Shown: positions 1-9,721, counted from the stretch's first letter. The stretch: 64,000 nt of DNA from Alphaproteobacteria bacterium (GCA_965248835.1 CBDFLJ010000001.1:1568001-1632000), one strand, 5' to 3'. Program-made: numbers and translations. Notes: generated by a model not told the origin, from the sequence alone.

Positions 1-1
1 G

Positions 2-382
2 GTCGGCGCGCTGATGGCGGTGATCTCGATGCGCAAGACGGCCGAGGGCCAGCCGCGCCAGGCGATCATGAGCGCGCTGGGAACCGAGTTCTACGTCAAG
101 ACCGTCGTGGTGGTGGACGACGATGTCGATGTCTTCGACCTGTCGGACGTGATGTGGGCGGTGATCACCCGGACCCGCGCCGAGCAGGACGTGATCTACA
201 TCCCCGGCGCAATGGGCGCGATCCTCGATCCCACCTCGGATCCCGACAACCACACAGTCACCAAGGTGGGGATCGACGCGACCAAGCCGTCCGGCCGGGA
301 TTTCGCAGAACGCCTGACCATCGCCGAGGACCAGCGCGCGCGGGTGCGATCGATCCTTGAACGCAGCGGCCTGCAGCTCTGA
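2..382 (+). CDS. UbiD family (prFMN-dependent) decarboxylase, C-terminal part; 5' end outside window
   Basis: KTVVVVDDDVDVFD..DVMWAV.TR and LDP...TKVGIDATKP are the typical UbiD C-terminal motifs; frame is open from the window edge. Confidence 0.85.
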   Translation, partial: VGALMAVISMRKTAEGQPRQAIMSALGTEFYVKTVVVVDDDVDVFDLSDVMWAVITRTRAEQDVIYIPGAMGAILDPTSDPDNHTVTKVGIDATKPSGRDFAERLTIAEDQRARVRSILERSGLQL

Positions 383-431
383 GAGCGGAGCGGGGAAGGT
401 CAGCGTTCCGGGCCGCCCGATCCTGCGCGGC

Positions 432-2393
432 TCAGCTTTTCAGCTCCTCCCGGTCCGCGAAATATTTCAGCGCGTCGGGGTTGGCCAGTGCATCGACGTT
501 TTCGACCCGCCGCCCGTGGACGACATCGCGCACGGCAAGCTCGACGATCTTGCCGGTCTTGGTGCGCGGGATGTCGGGGACCTGGAGAATGCGTCCCGGC
601 ACATGCCGCGGTGTCGCGCTGGCGCGAATCGATTGGCCGATACGCGCGCGCAGCCCGCCATCGAGGACCAACCCGTCCTTTAGGACGACGAACAGCACGA
701 TCCGTGTATCGGGCGGCCAGTCCTGGTCGACCGCGATCGCCTCCACGATCTCGTCCATCATCTCGACCGGGCGGTAGATCTCGGCGGTGCCGATGCGGAT
801 GCCCCCCGGGTTGAGCGTCGCGTCGGACCGGCCATGGACGCAGGCACCGCCATGTTCGGTCCACTCCATCAGGTCGCCATGGCGCCATATGCCCGGAAAG
901 TGCTCGAAATAGGCTTCGCGGCAGCGCGAGCCCCCGGGGTCGTTGAAGAACTCCAGCGGCAAGGACGGGTGTGGCCTGGTGCAGACGAGTTCGCCTTTCC
1001 GGCCGGGAGGCAGAGCGTTGCCGTCGTCGTCGAACGCAGCCACCGCCATCGCCAGTGCCGGGGCCTGCATCTCGCCCCGCCAGACCGGACCGATCGGGTT
1101 GCCGGTGAAGAAGCCGCACATGATGTCGGTGCCGCCCGACGCCGAAGAGAGCTGCAGGTCCTCCTTGACGTTCCGGTAAACGTAGTCGAAGCACTCGTGC
1201 AGCAGGGCCGATCCGCTGGTCAGGATGACGCGCAGAGCCGACAGGTCGCGCTCGCGGCCCGGGGCGATCCCGGCCTGCTTGATCGCATCGATGAACTTGG
1301 CCGAGGTCCCGAAATGGGTCGCGCCGGCCTGCTCCATATAGGCGAACAACGCATCGGTGCCCGGATAGAACGGTGAGCCGTCGTAAAGCAGCAACGCGCC
1401 GCCGGCCAGAAGGTGGGACAGATGGAGGTTCCACACCACCCAGGCCGTGCTGGTGAAGAACAGGACCCGGTCGCCGGGCTTGACGTCATAATGGAGCATC
1501 GTCTCTTTCGCCGTCTGCAGGACGACGCCGCCGGCGCGGTGGACGATGCATTTCGGCGCGCCCGTGGTGCCCGACGAAAACAGGATCGACAGCGGATGGT
1601 TGAAGGGCAGCCGCCGGTAAGGCACCTCACCCGAGGGTTGCGCCGCGAGATAGTCGTTCCATGTCACCGCCTGGGACGGTTCATGCCGCGGTGCGGCAGC
1701 ATCGACATAGGGAACCAGCACGGTGCGTCGGAGCTTGGGCAGGCCGTTCCGGATCTCCCGGATCCGATCGCCGACCCGGTGGACCCTGCCGTTGTAGAGA
1801 TAGCCGTCCGCGGCCAACAGGATCACCGGCTCGATCTGGCCGACGCGGTCGAGGACGCCGCGGGTTCCGAAGTCGGGCGAGCAGGTGGAGAAGACCGCGC
1901 CGACGCTGGCGGCGGCGAGCGCGGCAATGACGGTCTCCGGTATGTTGGGCATGTAGGCGACGATGCGCTCGCCCGGCGCGATGCCGTCGGCCAGAAAGGC
2001 ATGGGCAAGCCGGGCGACGGCATCGTTGAGCTCGGCCCAACTCAGCGTGGACTCCTGCCCGGCCTCGTTGCGGAACATGATCGCCAGCCCGTCGTCGCTC
2101 CGCCGCAGGGCGTTCTCGGCGAAATTCAGCCGGGCGTCGGGAAAGAACGCTGCGCGCTGCTGTTCCTCGCCATGATCGAGGACGCGCTCGCCGCGGGTCT
2201 CGGCGATTATGCCGGCGAAATCCCAAAACGCGCACCAGAAGGCTTCGATGTTGTCGACCGACCAGTGCCACAGCGCATCGTAGTCGGCGGCATCGACCAG
2301 GCCGCGCTCGCGCAGCAGGTTCATGAACGCGGTCATGTTGGCCCCGGCGACGTGCTCGGGCGAAGGGGTCCAGATGGGTGTGGACGGATTCAC
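432..2393 (-). CDS. Acetoacetate--CoA ligase (acetoacetyl-CoA synthetase)
   Basis: PIWTPS N-terminus, ARLNFAENAL, FSSGTTGAPKCIVH AMP-binding loop, SGGTDI, GRSDATLNPGGIRIG, ALANPDAL; start re-picked at GTG 2393. Confidence 0.92.
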   Translation of the reverse strand: MNPSTPIWTPSPEHVAGANMTAFMNLLRERGLVDAADYDALWHWSVDNIEAFWCAFWDFAGIIAETRGERVLDHGEEQQRAAFFPDARLNFAENALRRSDDGLAIMFRNEAGQESTLSWAELNDAVARLAHAFLADGIAPGERIVAYMPNIPETVIAALAAASVGAVFSTCSPDFGTRGVLDRVGQIEPVILLAADGYLYNGRVHRVGDRIREIRNGLPKLRRTVLVPYVDAAAPRHEPSQAVTWNDYLAAQPSGEVPYRRLPFNHPLSILFSSGTTGAPKCIVHRAGGVVLQTAKETMLHYDVKPGDRVLFFTSTAWVVWNLHLSHLLAGGALLLYDGSPFYPGTDALFAYMEQAGATHFGTSAKFIDAIKQAGIAPGRERDLSALRVILTSGSALLHECFDYVYRNVKEDLQLSSASGGTDIMCGFFTGNPIGPVWRGEMQAPALAMAVAAFDDDGNALPPGRKGELVCTRPHPSLPLEFFNDPGGSRCREAYFEHFPGIWRHGDLMEWTEHGGACVHGRSDATLNPGGIRIGTAEIYRPVEMMDEIVEAIAVDQDWPPDTRIVLFVVLKDGLVLDGGLRARIGQSIRASATPRHVPGRILQVPDIPRTKTGKIVELAVRDVVHGRRVENVDALANPDALKYFADREELKS

Positions 2394-2426
2394 GTGGCGG
2401 GCTCCACCGGGATCGGTGCCCGGAAA

Positions 2427-2455
2427 CCGTAACATTTCGGTTATGAGTTTGTCTT
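2427..2455 (+). promoter_or_regulatory. Putative PhoB-binding Pho box (three heptamers at 11-bp period) upstream of phoX
   Basis: CCGTAAC (2427), CGGTTAT (2438), TTGTCTT (2449) resemble CTGTCAT, with 4-nt A/T-rich spacers; context matches a phosphate-starvation gene. Confidence 0.55.
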
Positions 2456-2508
2456 GTGCCGGTGCCAGTCTGACCGCCTGTGGTTCGATCATGGAGGAGG
2501 ACGCAGCG

Positions 2509-4470
2509 GTGTCCGAGAGCGTATTCGACGTAATTCCGGCGATGGATGAGGACGACGACGATTTTTCTTCGAACCCCTCGACAACGCCCCCTATCGGCGA
2601 CGTGATCGCGGCCCGCCTCAGCCGGCGCGGTGCGCTGGCAGGGCTCGCGGCGGCGGCCGGCGCGGTCGCCCTGGGCGGCACGATGACCAGCCGCGTCGCG
2701 CTTGCCGCTTCCCCCTCGACCTTGGGATTTTCCGAAATCCCCCACATCCTGGATGAGACCCACCACGTGCCGCCGGGTTATCGCGTCGAGGTGCTGATCC
2801 GCTGGGGCGATCCGGTGGTCGCCGATGCGCCGGACTTCGCACCCGCCGCCCAGACGACTGCCGCCCAGCGCAAGCAGTTCGGCTACAACAACGACTTCAT
2901 CGGCTTCCTGCCCTTGCCCGCCGGCTCCGACGGCTCCGAGCACGGGCTGTTGTGCGTCAACCACGAATACACCAACGCAGAGCTGATGTTCCCCGGCATC
3001 GACAAGAAGACCAAGGTCGATACCCTCAGCCGCGAGCAGGTCGCGATCGAGATGGCGGCCCACGGCCACTCGGTCATCGAGATCAGGAAGACGGCCGGCC
3101 GCTGGCAGGTCGTCCAGCCCAGCCGTTACAGCCGGCGGATCACCGCACTCGATACCGAGATGCGGATCTCCGGGCCGGCGGCCGGCCACGCGCGGCTGCG
3201 GACCGAGGCCGACCCGTCCGGGCGCCGGTGCATCGGCACGATCAACAACTGCGCCGGCGGGCTGACGCCCTGGGGTACGGCGCTGATCGCCGAGGAGAAC
3301 TTTCATCTCTATTTCGCCGGCGATCCCCAGGCGACGGCCGAGGCCCGCAACTACCGGCGCTACGGGTTGAAGACCAGGAACAAGCGCTACGCCTGGTGGA
3401 AGTTCGACGACCGGTTCGATCTCGCCAAGGAGCCTAACGAGCCCAACCGGTTCGGCTGGATGGTCGAGTTCGACCCCTACGATGCGGCCTCGACCCCGGT
3501 CAAACGCACCGCGCTCGGCCGGTTCAAGCACGAGGGCGCGCACGCGGTCGTCAACCGGGACGGAAGGGTGGTGGTCTATACCGGCGACGACCAGCGCTTC
3601 GAATATGTCTACAAGTTCGTCTCCTCCGGCCGGTTCGACGCCGACGATCGGGCGGCCAACCGCACGCTGCTGGACAGCGGCACCCTGTTCGTCGCCAGGT
3701 TCGACGCCGACGGCACGGTGAACTGGCTGCCGCTTGCCTGGGGCACCGGTGCGCTGACGCCCGCCAACGGGTTTTCGAGCCAGGCCGACGTGCTGATCGA
3801 GGCGCGCCGTGCGGCGGACCTCCTGGGAGCCACCCCGATGGACCGCCCCGAGGACGTGGAGCCCAACCCGGTGACGGGACGGGTCTATGTCATGCTGACC
3901 AACAACACCAAGCGCAAGGCGGGCAAGGAGAATGCGGTCAACCCGCGGTCCGCCAACCGGCACGGCCATGTCCTGGAGATGATCCCGCCCGGCGGCCGCG
4001 GCGCCGCGGCCGACCACGCCGCGCTCACCTTCCGTTGGGCGTTGCCGGTCCTGTGCGGGGATCCCGCCAAGCCCGGCGACGGTGCCAGATACCACGCGGC
4101 GACCACGGCAGCCGGCTGGCTGTCGACGCCGGACAACTGCGCGTTCGATTCCCGCGGCCGGCTGTGGATCGCCACCGACGGCGCGCCCAAGTCCGGCATC
4201 GCCGACGGGCTCTGGGCGATGGATACCGAAGGGCCCGGCCGGGCGCTCACCAGGCACTTCTTGGCGGCACCGCGCGGGGCGGAGCTGTGCGGGCCGGCAT
4301 TCACGCCCGACGGCCGGACCCTGTTTTGCGCCGTCCAGCACCCGGCCGACACCAAGGGGTCGAGCTTCGCCAACCCGTCCACCCGCTGGCCCGACTTCCA
4401 GCCCGGCATGCCCGCGCGGCCCTCGGTCCTGGTGATCACCAGGTCCGACGGCGGCGTCATCGGAACCTGA
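2509..4470 (+). CDS. phoX: PhoX family alkaline phosphatase, Tat-exported
   Basis: SRRGAL twin-arginine signal, LCVNHEY, NNCAGGLTPWGT.L..EEN, ALGRFKHEG, MDRPED, PDN, ELCGP.FTPDGRTLF..VQHP; GGAGG RBS before GTG 2509. Confidence 0.92.
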   Translation: MSESVFDVIPAMDEDDDDFSSNPSTTPPIGDVIAARLSRRGALAGLAAAAGAVALGGTMTSRVALAASPSTLGFSEIPHILDETHHVPPGYRVEVLIRWGDPVVADAPDFAPAAQTTAAQRKQFGYNNDFIGFLPLPAGSDGSEHGLLCVNHEYTNAELMFPGIDKKTKVDTLSREQVAIEMAAHGHSVIEIRKTAGRWQVVQPSRYSRRITALDTEMRISGPAAGHARLRTEADPSGRRCIGTINNCAGGLTPWGTALIAEENFHLYFAGDPQATAEARNYRRYGLKTRNKRYAWWKFDDRFDLAKEPNEPNRFGWMVEFDPYDAASTPVKRTALGRFKHEGAHAVVNRDGRVVVYTGDDQRFEYVYKFVSSGRFDADDRAANRTLLDSGTLFVARFDADGTVNWLPLAWGTGALTPANGFSSQADVLIEARRAADLLGATPMDRPEDVEPNPVTGRVYVMLTNNTKRKAGKENAVNPRSANRHGHVLEMIPPGGRGAAADHAALTFRWALPVLCGDPAKPGDGARYHAATTAAGWLSTPDNCAFDSRGRLWIATDGAPKSGIADGLWAMDTEGPGRALTRHFLAAPRGAELCGPAFTPDGRTLFCAVQHPADTKGSSFANPSTRWPDFQPGMPARPSVLVITRSDGGVIGT

Positions 4471-4544
4471 CCCGCCCGAACGCGGCGCCGGCAGGCTCCA
4501 GCTTCGGTTCGGACCGGCGTGTTGGTCATTGTGATCCGAGCTGT

Positions 4545-5014
4545 TTATCACTGCCGGGAACACCGTTGTCTGCGAAGTCTTCGTCGGCGGTTGGTCTGGC
4601 TCGCTCCCTGACAGTGCCCTTTGGCTTTGGCCTCCCGGGGTGTGACGCGCACTGTCGGCGGCGTGATCTGCAGGCAACGCCACGCGCAGGATCGCTTCGG
4701 CCATCGTCCCGGCGGGGACGAATCCTTCCGCTGGCGCGGAGCCGTAACCCGTCCTCTTGACGTTTATGCGGTTGGGCTGTTGTCCACCGTCACGTCTTCG
4801 CCTGGATCTGCCTGGGCGGCCAGCGAAACTCTTCGCCGGTGACCAGCATGCGGTGCAGGATCAAGGCCAGCCGGCGTGCCAGGGCCAAGCGGGCCTTCTT
4901 GTGGCTGGTCCGCTTTTTGATGCGCCGCGCCCAGTCCTTCAGCGGATATGTGCAACGGACCGCCGTCAATAGGCTGTCGGCAGCCTCGAACAGCGCCTGA
5001 GGATCCGTCGGCAC
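4545..5014 (-). mobile_element. IS110-family remnant: transposase C-terminal fragment (4790-~5000) plus downstream non-coding end
   Basis: LFEAA..LL......LKDWARRIKKR...KKARLALARRLALILHRMLVTGEEFRW matches the IS110 Transposase_20 C-terminus; no DEDD N-terminal domain; left boundary approximate. Confidence 0.75.
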
Positions 5015-5073
5015 CTCGCCGCGCGCCAGTACCTTTCCCGCTGCCTTCGGTCCAACGCGATGGAAAGATCATC

Positions 5074-5418
5074 ATGCAACTCAGACGACGGGCGATGACC
5101 GCCCTCTTGTTCTCGGCAATAATGGGTCCGGCAGGTGCGGACAGCATGCCCGCCAACAAGGCCGTTGGCTTCTACGCCTCGCTCACCGGCAAATACGTCC
5201 AGCCGTGGGAGCCGCACGTGTCCGAAACGTTTTAGGGGCGCCCCTGCATCGTACGACGTGAGTCTTGACAGTGACGCGGCTTTTCTGGCAGCCGTTGGGT
5301 ACGGCGCACACACCGGCCTTGAGGGGCAAGTGGAGATCGGATACCACATGCCGACTTCGACGACGGACCAGGCATGAGGGTCAGGAACGTATCGAGCCAG
5401 GCACCAGACTCTTCCTGA
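5074..5418 (+). pseudogene. Outer-membrane beta-barrel (OmpA/opacity-like) pseudogene with two compensating frameshifts
   Basis: Signal peptide, then GFYASLTGKYVQP; removing one T at 5230-5233 reads on to D..FLAAVGY...GLEGQVEIGY; the original frame resumes at ~5350 (ADFDD); truncated at 5418. Confidence 0.55.
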
Positions 5419-5432
5419 CCCAGGACGCGAGT

Positions 5433-6149
5433 GTGACGACGGTAAAAGCAGATTCCTTGGTTCGCTGGTTTGGTCGCTTCATCCGGAGCAAGCCGCCCAA
5501 GTCGCCTACCGGCCGTTTGGTTGCAGCCTTACGCGCCAAGGGTGTGACGGTGGTTCTGGACATCGGGGCGAACATCGGCCAAACCGGCGAGACGTTAAGA
5601 GCCGCCGGATATAGTGGCCGCATCGTGTCCTTCGAGCCCGCCGCCCCGGCGCATCGGAAACTCAGCGCTTTGGCGAGGGACGACCCTGGCTGGCTGGTGC
5701 CTGCACCCCTCGCGACCGGCGCCGAGGACGGCGATGTAATCCTCAATATTGCCGAGGATACCTCCTTGAGCTCGGTCCGAGCCCCGGAGCCGGTACTCCT
5801 TGACGCGCTGCGGCGCGCCCGTACCGTGGCCCGAGAGCGCGTGCCTGTGCGCCGGCTGGATGGGGTGTTCGATACCTATGTAGCCGCCGACGACATCGCG
5901 TTCGCCAAGATCGACACACAAGGTTCCGAGCAAGAGGTGCTCGACGGCGCCTCTGGTATAGTGGACCGTCTGCACGGCATCAAGATCGAGCTGTCTCTGC
6001 TGGGGCTCTATGCTGGCGAACGTTTGTGGATGGAGCACTTGACGCGCCTCACCGACTTGGGCTTCGAGCCGTGGTTGATCGAACCGGGCTCATACAGGCG
6101 CCGGTTCCACCGGCAACTCCAAGTCGATGTCGTCTTCTTCCGGCCTTGA
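5433..6149 (+). CDS. FkbM family SAM-dependent methyltransferase
   Basis: VLDIGANIGQ, RIVSFEP, VPVRRLD, KIDTQGSE..VL.GA, ELS....Y.GE, QVDVVF; start uncertain. Confidence 0.88.
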   Translation: MTTVKADSLVRWFGRFIRSKPPKSPTGRLVAALRAKGVTVVLDIGANIGQTGETLRAAGYSGRIVSFEPAAPAHRKLSALARDDPGWLVPAPLATGAEDGDVILNIAEDTSLSSVRAPEPVLLDALRRARTVARERVPVRRLDGVFDTYVAADDIAFAKIDTQGSEQEVLDGASGIVDRLHGIKIELSLLGLYAGERLWMEHLTRLTDLGFEPWLIEPGSYRRRFHRQLQVDVVFFRP

Positions 6150-6270
6150 TGGTTTCCGCGACATTGGCTGATGGCTGCCGGTTTTTGTACGGCCGTCGCT
6201 ACCGGCGGTCGGTGTGTGTCCTGGCTCGGCCGCACTTCGTCAACCTTGCATGAGGTCACCCTCGCGGCCT

Positions 6271-7098
6271 TCACGTCGTCATCTTAAGCTCGGCAAGAAC
6301 GTGCTGAATTTCGCGATCCTCGATGACCGTCTGGCTGAGCAGTTCGCCGTGCTGCTTTTGCTTCTGGCCACGGCGTAGCGCGTCATTCTTCGCGGAGCCG
6401 AAATAACGGCGCGCCACCTTGGCCTGAAATTCCTCGACTGATTTGGTGGCGTAGTGGTTGATGCGCAATTCGCGCGAAACATGGCAACGGCCGAGCATCG
6501 TCCTGATCGGCTGCCCGGTCTCGTCGTGCGCCGGAATATTGTCGACAACGTTGTGCGCTCGGGCCGCCGAGTTCACGCTGCGCGCCAAGTGTGGTTGAAT
6601 GATCGAACGGTACTGGCGGTTCTGCCAATGCTCGTCGGGCAGACGACGGGTATAGCTTTCGACAACCGAAGCGGCGGGTCTCGTCTGATGTCCGGAAGGG
6701 CCGAAGCAACGCAGGAACACGGCGATCGCCGGAAACCCTTCAAGGCGCTGGAGCGGCTGGACGAGCGTGGTACCGGATGGCGAGAAAAGAAATTCGTCCG
6801 CGTCGATCAGGGCGACCCAACGGCTGCGGCCCGCGAGATGGCGCAGCGCATGGGCATAGGCGAGATGTTGGGCATTCGCCCCGGCGAGGAACCGCGGCCA
6901 AGGGATCAGTTCGAGCCAACCATCGCGGACGTGTGGCGCCAGCAAGGCGTGCGTGTCGTCGGTGCTTCCGTTGTCGTAGAGGACAAAGCGCTCCACCCCG
7001 ACCAGCCGGTGAAAGCTTAGCCACTCTTCCAGGTAAGACGCCTCGTCCTTGATAATCGCGGCGACGGTCAAATAGGTTTCCGGCCGGCCGGCCGACAT
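6271..7098 (-). CDS. Glycosyltransferase family 92/GT2-like protein
   Basis: LTVAAIIKDEASYLEEWLSFHRLVGVERFVLYDNGSTD, WVALIDADEFL (DxD), INHYATKS.EEF; start re-picked at ATG 7098. Confidence 0.85.
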   Translation of the reverse strand: MSAGRPETYLTVAAIIKDEASYLEEWLSFHRLVGVERFVLYDNGSTDDTHALLAPHVRDGWLELIPWPRFLAGANAQHLAYAHALRHLAGRSRWVALIDADEFLFSPSGTTLVQPLQRLEGFPAIAVFLRCFGPSGHQTRPAASVVESYTRRLPDEHWQNRQYRSIIQPHLARSVNSAARAHNVVDNIPAHDETGQPIRTMLGRCHVSRELRINHYATKSVEEFQAKVARRYFGSAKNDALRRGQKQKQHGELLSQTVIEDREIQHVLAELKMTT

Positions 7099-7208
7099 TC
7101 CCTCGCGGTCGATGACAATGGGGATACGGCGTAACCGTTTTTCAACAAGGCTGCAGCCAAAAAAATCGGCAACCCGCTTGCGTAATCTCCGAGCAATCAC
7201 AGCGCCAC

Positions 7209-8087
7209 TCAGCCATCCCCGTTGGTCGGAGAACCGATCAGTTGGTCGAGTTCCGAGGCGTGCGGACGCCAAGCGAAGTCGCCGGTAACCAGACCGCCGG
7301 TTCTCGCGAAGACCGTCTTCCAGGGCAACGGGCTGGGGAGGAGGCAGAAGGACAGGACCCACCGCGGCGCCGTGGCGGGGAGAATGCCCCGGTGCAGGAC
7401 CCGCGCCGGCTCGAAGACAATGGCGTCTCCGGCGGCCATGTCGTAGCTGAAGGTTTCGAACTCGATCCCGGCCTTTTCGGTGAGCGGCCGGAGGTCGGAT
7501 CTGCGTTTTCCCACCGGTCCGTAGATATAGCCGGTCCGCCCGATCGCCCTTGTCGCGGCCTTGGCGATGAATTCGGTATTGCCGCCGTGCTCGGCGGTGG
7601 GGTTGAGGTACAACAACAGCTTGAGGTGTGAGGTCGGGCCTTTGTCGCAATGCCACAGGAACGAGCGTTGCGAATCCCGCCCGGGCAGGGTACTGTCGAG
7701 AGCCCACCAGTAGATCAAGTACTCGGAGCCGAACCAGGCGCCGATCGCCCGGTCAACCGGTCCGGTGAAGACCTGCTCGAACGTCTCCGCGACCGCGGAC
7801 CGGTCGGATACGTCGAAAACCTGGACCACGCGGGTCTTTGAATCAATGCCGCTTGCGCCGGCCCGCAGGCGCTCCAGTGTCCGGCCTGCCTCCCGCGGAG
7901 ACAAGACCGGCAGGCGGAGAACGCCAGTCTCCTCCAACCGGCGGTCTTCCGCAGCGGGGAGCAGGCCGTGGGCCGACCGGCATTGCCGGTGCCATTGCTC
8001 GTAACCGCGCTTTCGATCGAAGGAATGGAGCGTCCTTTCGAATCGCCGCGCGTCGCGTTCGGAGCGGCCGAGCAAGGTTCCGAGCAT
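7209..8087 (-). CDS. 2OG-Fe(II) oxygenase / PhyH-like protein
   Basis: WHCD (HxD), LKLLLYLN, GG.TEF, GDAIVF...VLHRG...R. Confidence 0.7.
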   Translation of the reverse strand: MLGTLLGRSERDARRFERTLHSFDRKRGYEQWHRQCRSAHGLLPAAEDRRLEETGVLRLPVLSPREAGRTLERLRAGASGIDSKTRVVQVFDVSDRSAVAETFEQVFTGPVDRAIGAWFGSEYLIYWWALDSTLPGRDSQRSFLWHCDKGPTSHLKLLLYLNPTAEHGGNTEFIAKAATRAIGRTGYIYGPVGKRRSDLRPLTEKAGIEFETFSYDMAAGDAIVFEPARVLHRGILPATAPRWVLSFCLLPSPLPWKTVFARTGGLVTGDFAWRPHASELDQLIGSPTNGDG

Positions 8088-8217
8088 ATTCCGACCCCAG
8101 GGTGCGGTTCTCCTTAGCCGATATCGTCCGGGACTTCAACCGCGGCCGGCGGCAGGTTGCGCTGGGACCGACCGGTTGTCATCCTCGCGCGTCTCCAGGC
8201 GCCCAGGAGGGCGATGC

Positions 8218-9633
8218 GTGCGCGCGGTCTTCAAATCCCGGGCCGATGCCGGGACCGTCCCGATCATTCCGATCGAGGGGGCGGTGTTCGATGCCTGGCG
8301 CAAGGCACAGCCCGACACCCTCAAGGCCTGGGTGGACTCGACCGGGTTCACGGCGGCGGCGGGCAAGCTGAGCCTGGTCGCCGGGCCCGGCGGCGCGCTG
8401 GCAAGCGTGCTGGTGGGGCTGGAAGCGCATGACGGGTTCTGGGCCTACGCCGATCTCCCGGGAAGCCTGCCGCCGGGCAGCTATCGCATCGATGCACGAA
8501 TGGAGCCCGCGGCCGCGACCGGTGCGGCACTGGGCTGGGCGCTCGGCTGCTACAGCTTCGACCGCTACGCGGCCGAGCGCGCCAAGCCCGCACCCGCCCT
8601 GGTCTGGCCCGCGCGCGCCGAGCGTGATCACGTGATCCGGGCCACCGAGGCGACGACCACCGTCCGGGACCTGATCAACACGCCGACCAACGACATGGGC
8701 CCGGCAGATCTCGCCGCGGCCGCCCGCAAGATCGGCGCCGCGCACGGCGCCACGGTCAGCGTGACCACCGGCGATGCGCTGCTCAAGCGCAACTATCCGA
8801 CGATTCACGCCGTCGGCCGGGCGAGCGCCAACGCGCCGCGGCTGATCGATTTGCGCTGGGGCCGCGCCGGCGCGCCGAAGGTCACCCTGGTCGGCAAGGG
8901 GGTGTGCTTCGATACCGGCGGGCTGGACATAAAGCCGGCCTCGGGCATGCTGCGAATGAAAAAGGACATGGGCGGCGCGGCCCAGGTGATCGGCTTGGCT
9001 CGGATGATCATGGCGGCCAAGCTCGACCTGCGGCTGCGTGTCCTGGTCCCCGCCGTCGAGAACAGCGTTTCCGGCAATGCCTACCGGCCGCTCGACGTGA
9101 TCACCACGCGCAAGGGCATCACCGTGGAGGTCGGCAACACCGATGCCGAAGGCCGGCTGGTGCTGTGCGACGCGCTGGCGGAAGCCGAACGCGAGAGGCC
9201 CGAACTGCTGATCGATTGTGCGACGCTCACCGGGGCGGCGCGCGTAGCGCTGGGCGCCGACCTTCCCGCGCTGTTCTGCAACGACGACGCGCTGGCCCAG
9301 GACCTGCTGGACTGCGGCACCGAGGTGTCCGATCCGCTGTGGCGGCTGCCGCTGTGGCAGCCCTATCGGCGGATGCTCGACAGCAAGGTCGCCGACATCA
9401 ACAACGTTTCGGACAGCGGCATGGCCGGGGCGATCACCGCCGCGCTCTACCTGCAGGCCTTTGTCGGCGCGCAGACCCCGTGGATCCACGTCGACCTCAT
9501 GGCCTGGAACGCGAGTGCCCGCCCGGGCCGTCCGGTCGGCGGCGAGGCCCAGGGCATGCGGGCGCTGTATGCCCTGATCGAGCGCCGCTTCGCCGGCCCG
9601 CCGGCCCGCCGGCGAGCATCGAAGAAGGCCTGA
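8218..9633 (+). CDS. M17 leucyl aminopeptidase (PepB-like)
   Basis: LVGKGVCFDTGGLDIKP, MKKDMGGAA, NTDAEGRLVL, ATLTGAA; AGGAGG RBS before GTG 8218. Confidence 0.95.
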   Translation: MRAVFKSRADAGTVPIIPIEGAVFDAWRKAQPDTLKAWVDSTGFTAAAGKLSLVAGPGGALASVLVGLEAHDGFWAYADLPGSLPPGSYRIDARMEPAAATGAALGWALGCYSFDRYAAERAKPAPALVWPARAERDHVIRATEATTTVRDLINTPTNDMGPADLAAAARKIGAAHGATVSVTTGDALLKRNYPTIHAVGRASANAPRLIDLRWGRAGAPKVTLVGKGVCFDTGGLDIKPASGMLRMKKDMGGAAQVIGLARMIMAAKLDLRLRVLVPAVENSVSGNAYRPLDVITTRKGITVEVGNTDAEGRLVLCDALAEAERERPELLIDCATLTGAARVALGADLPALFCNDDALAQDLLDCGTEVSDPLWRLPLWQPYRRMLDSKVADINNVSDSGMAGAITAALYLQAFVGAQTPWIHVDLMAWNASARPGRPVGGEAQGMRALYALIERRFAGPPARRRASKKA

Positions 9634-9721
9634 TCCGTCGATTGCGGGCCGGCGGCGGGTCGGGTTTAATGACCCCGTTCGATCCGTATCCGGAACGAAG
9701 TTGACCGGCGCGAGGCCGCCC

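Noticed and set aside
1681-4704. 1007-aa minus-strand ORF
   Set aside because: Antisense shadow of phoX and an alternate frame over the CoA ligase; Arg/Gly/Ala-rich with no motifs, typical of high-GC DNA
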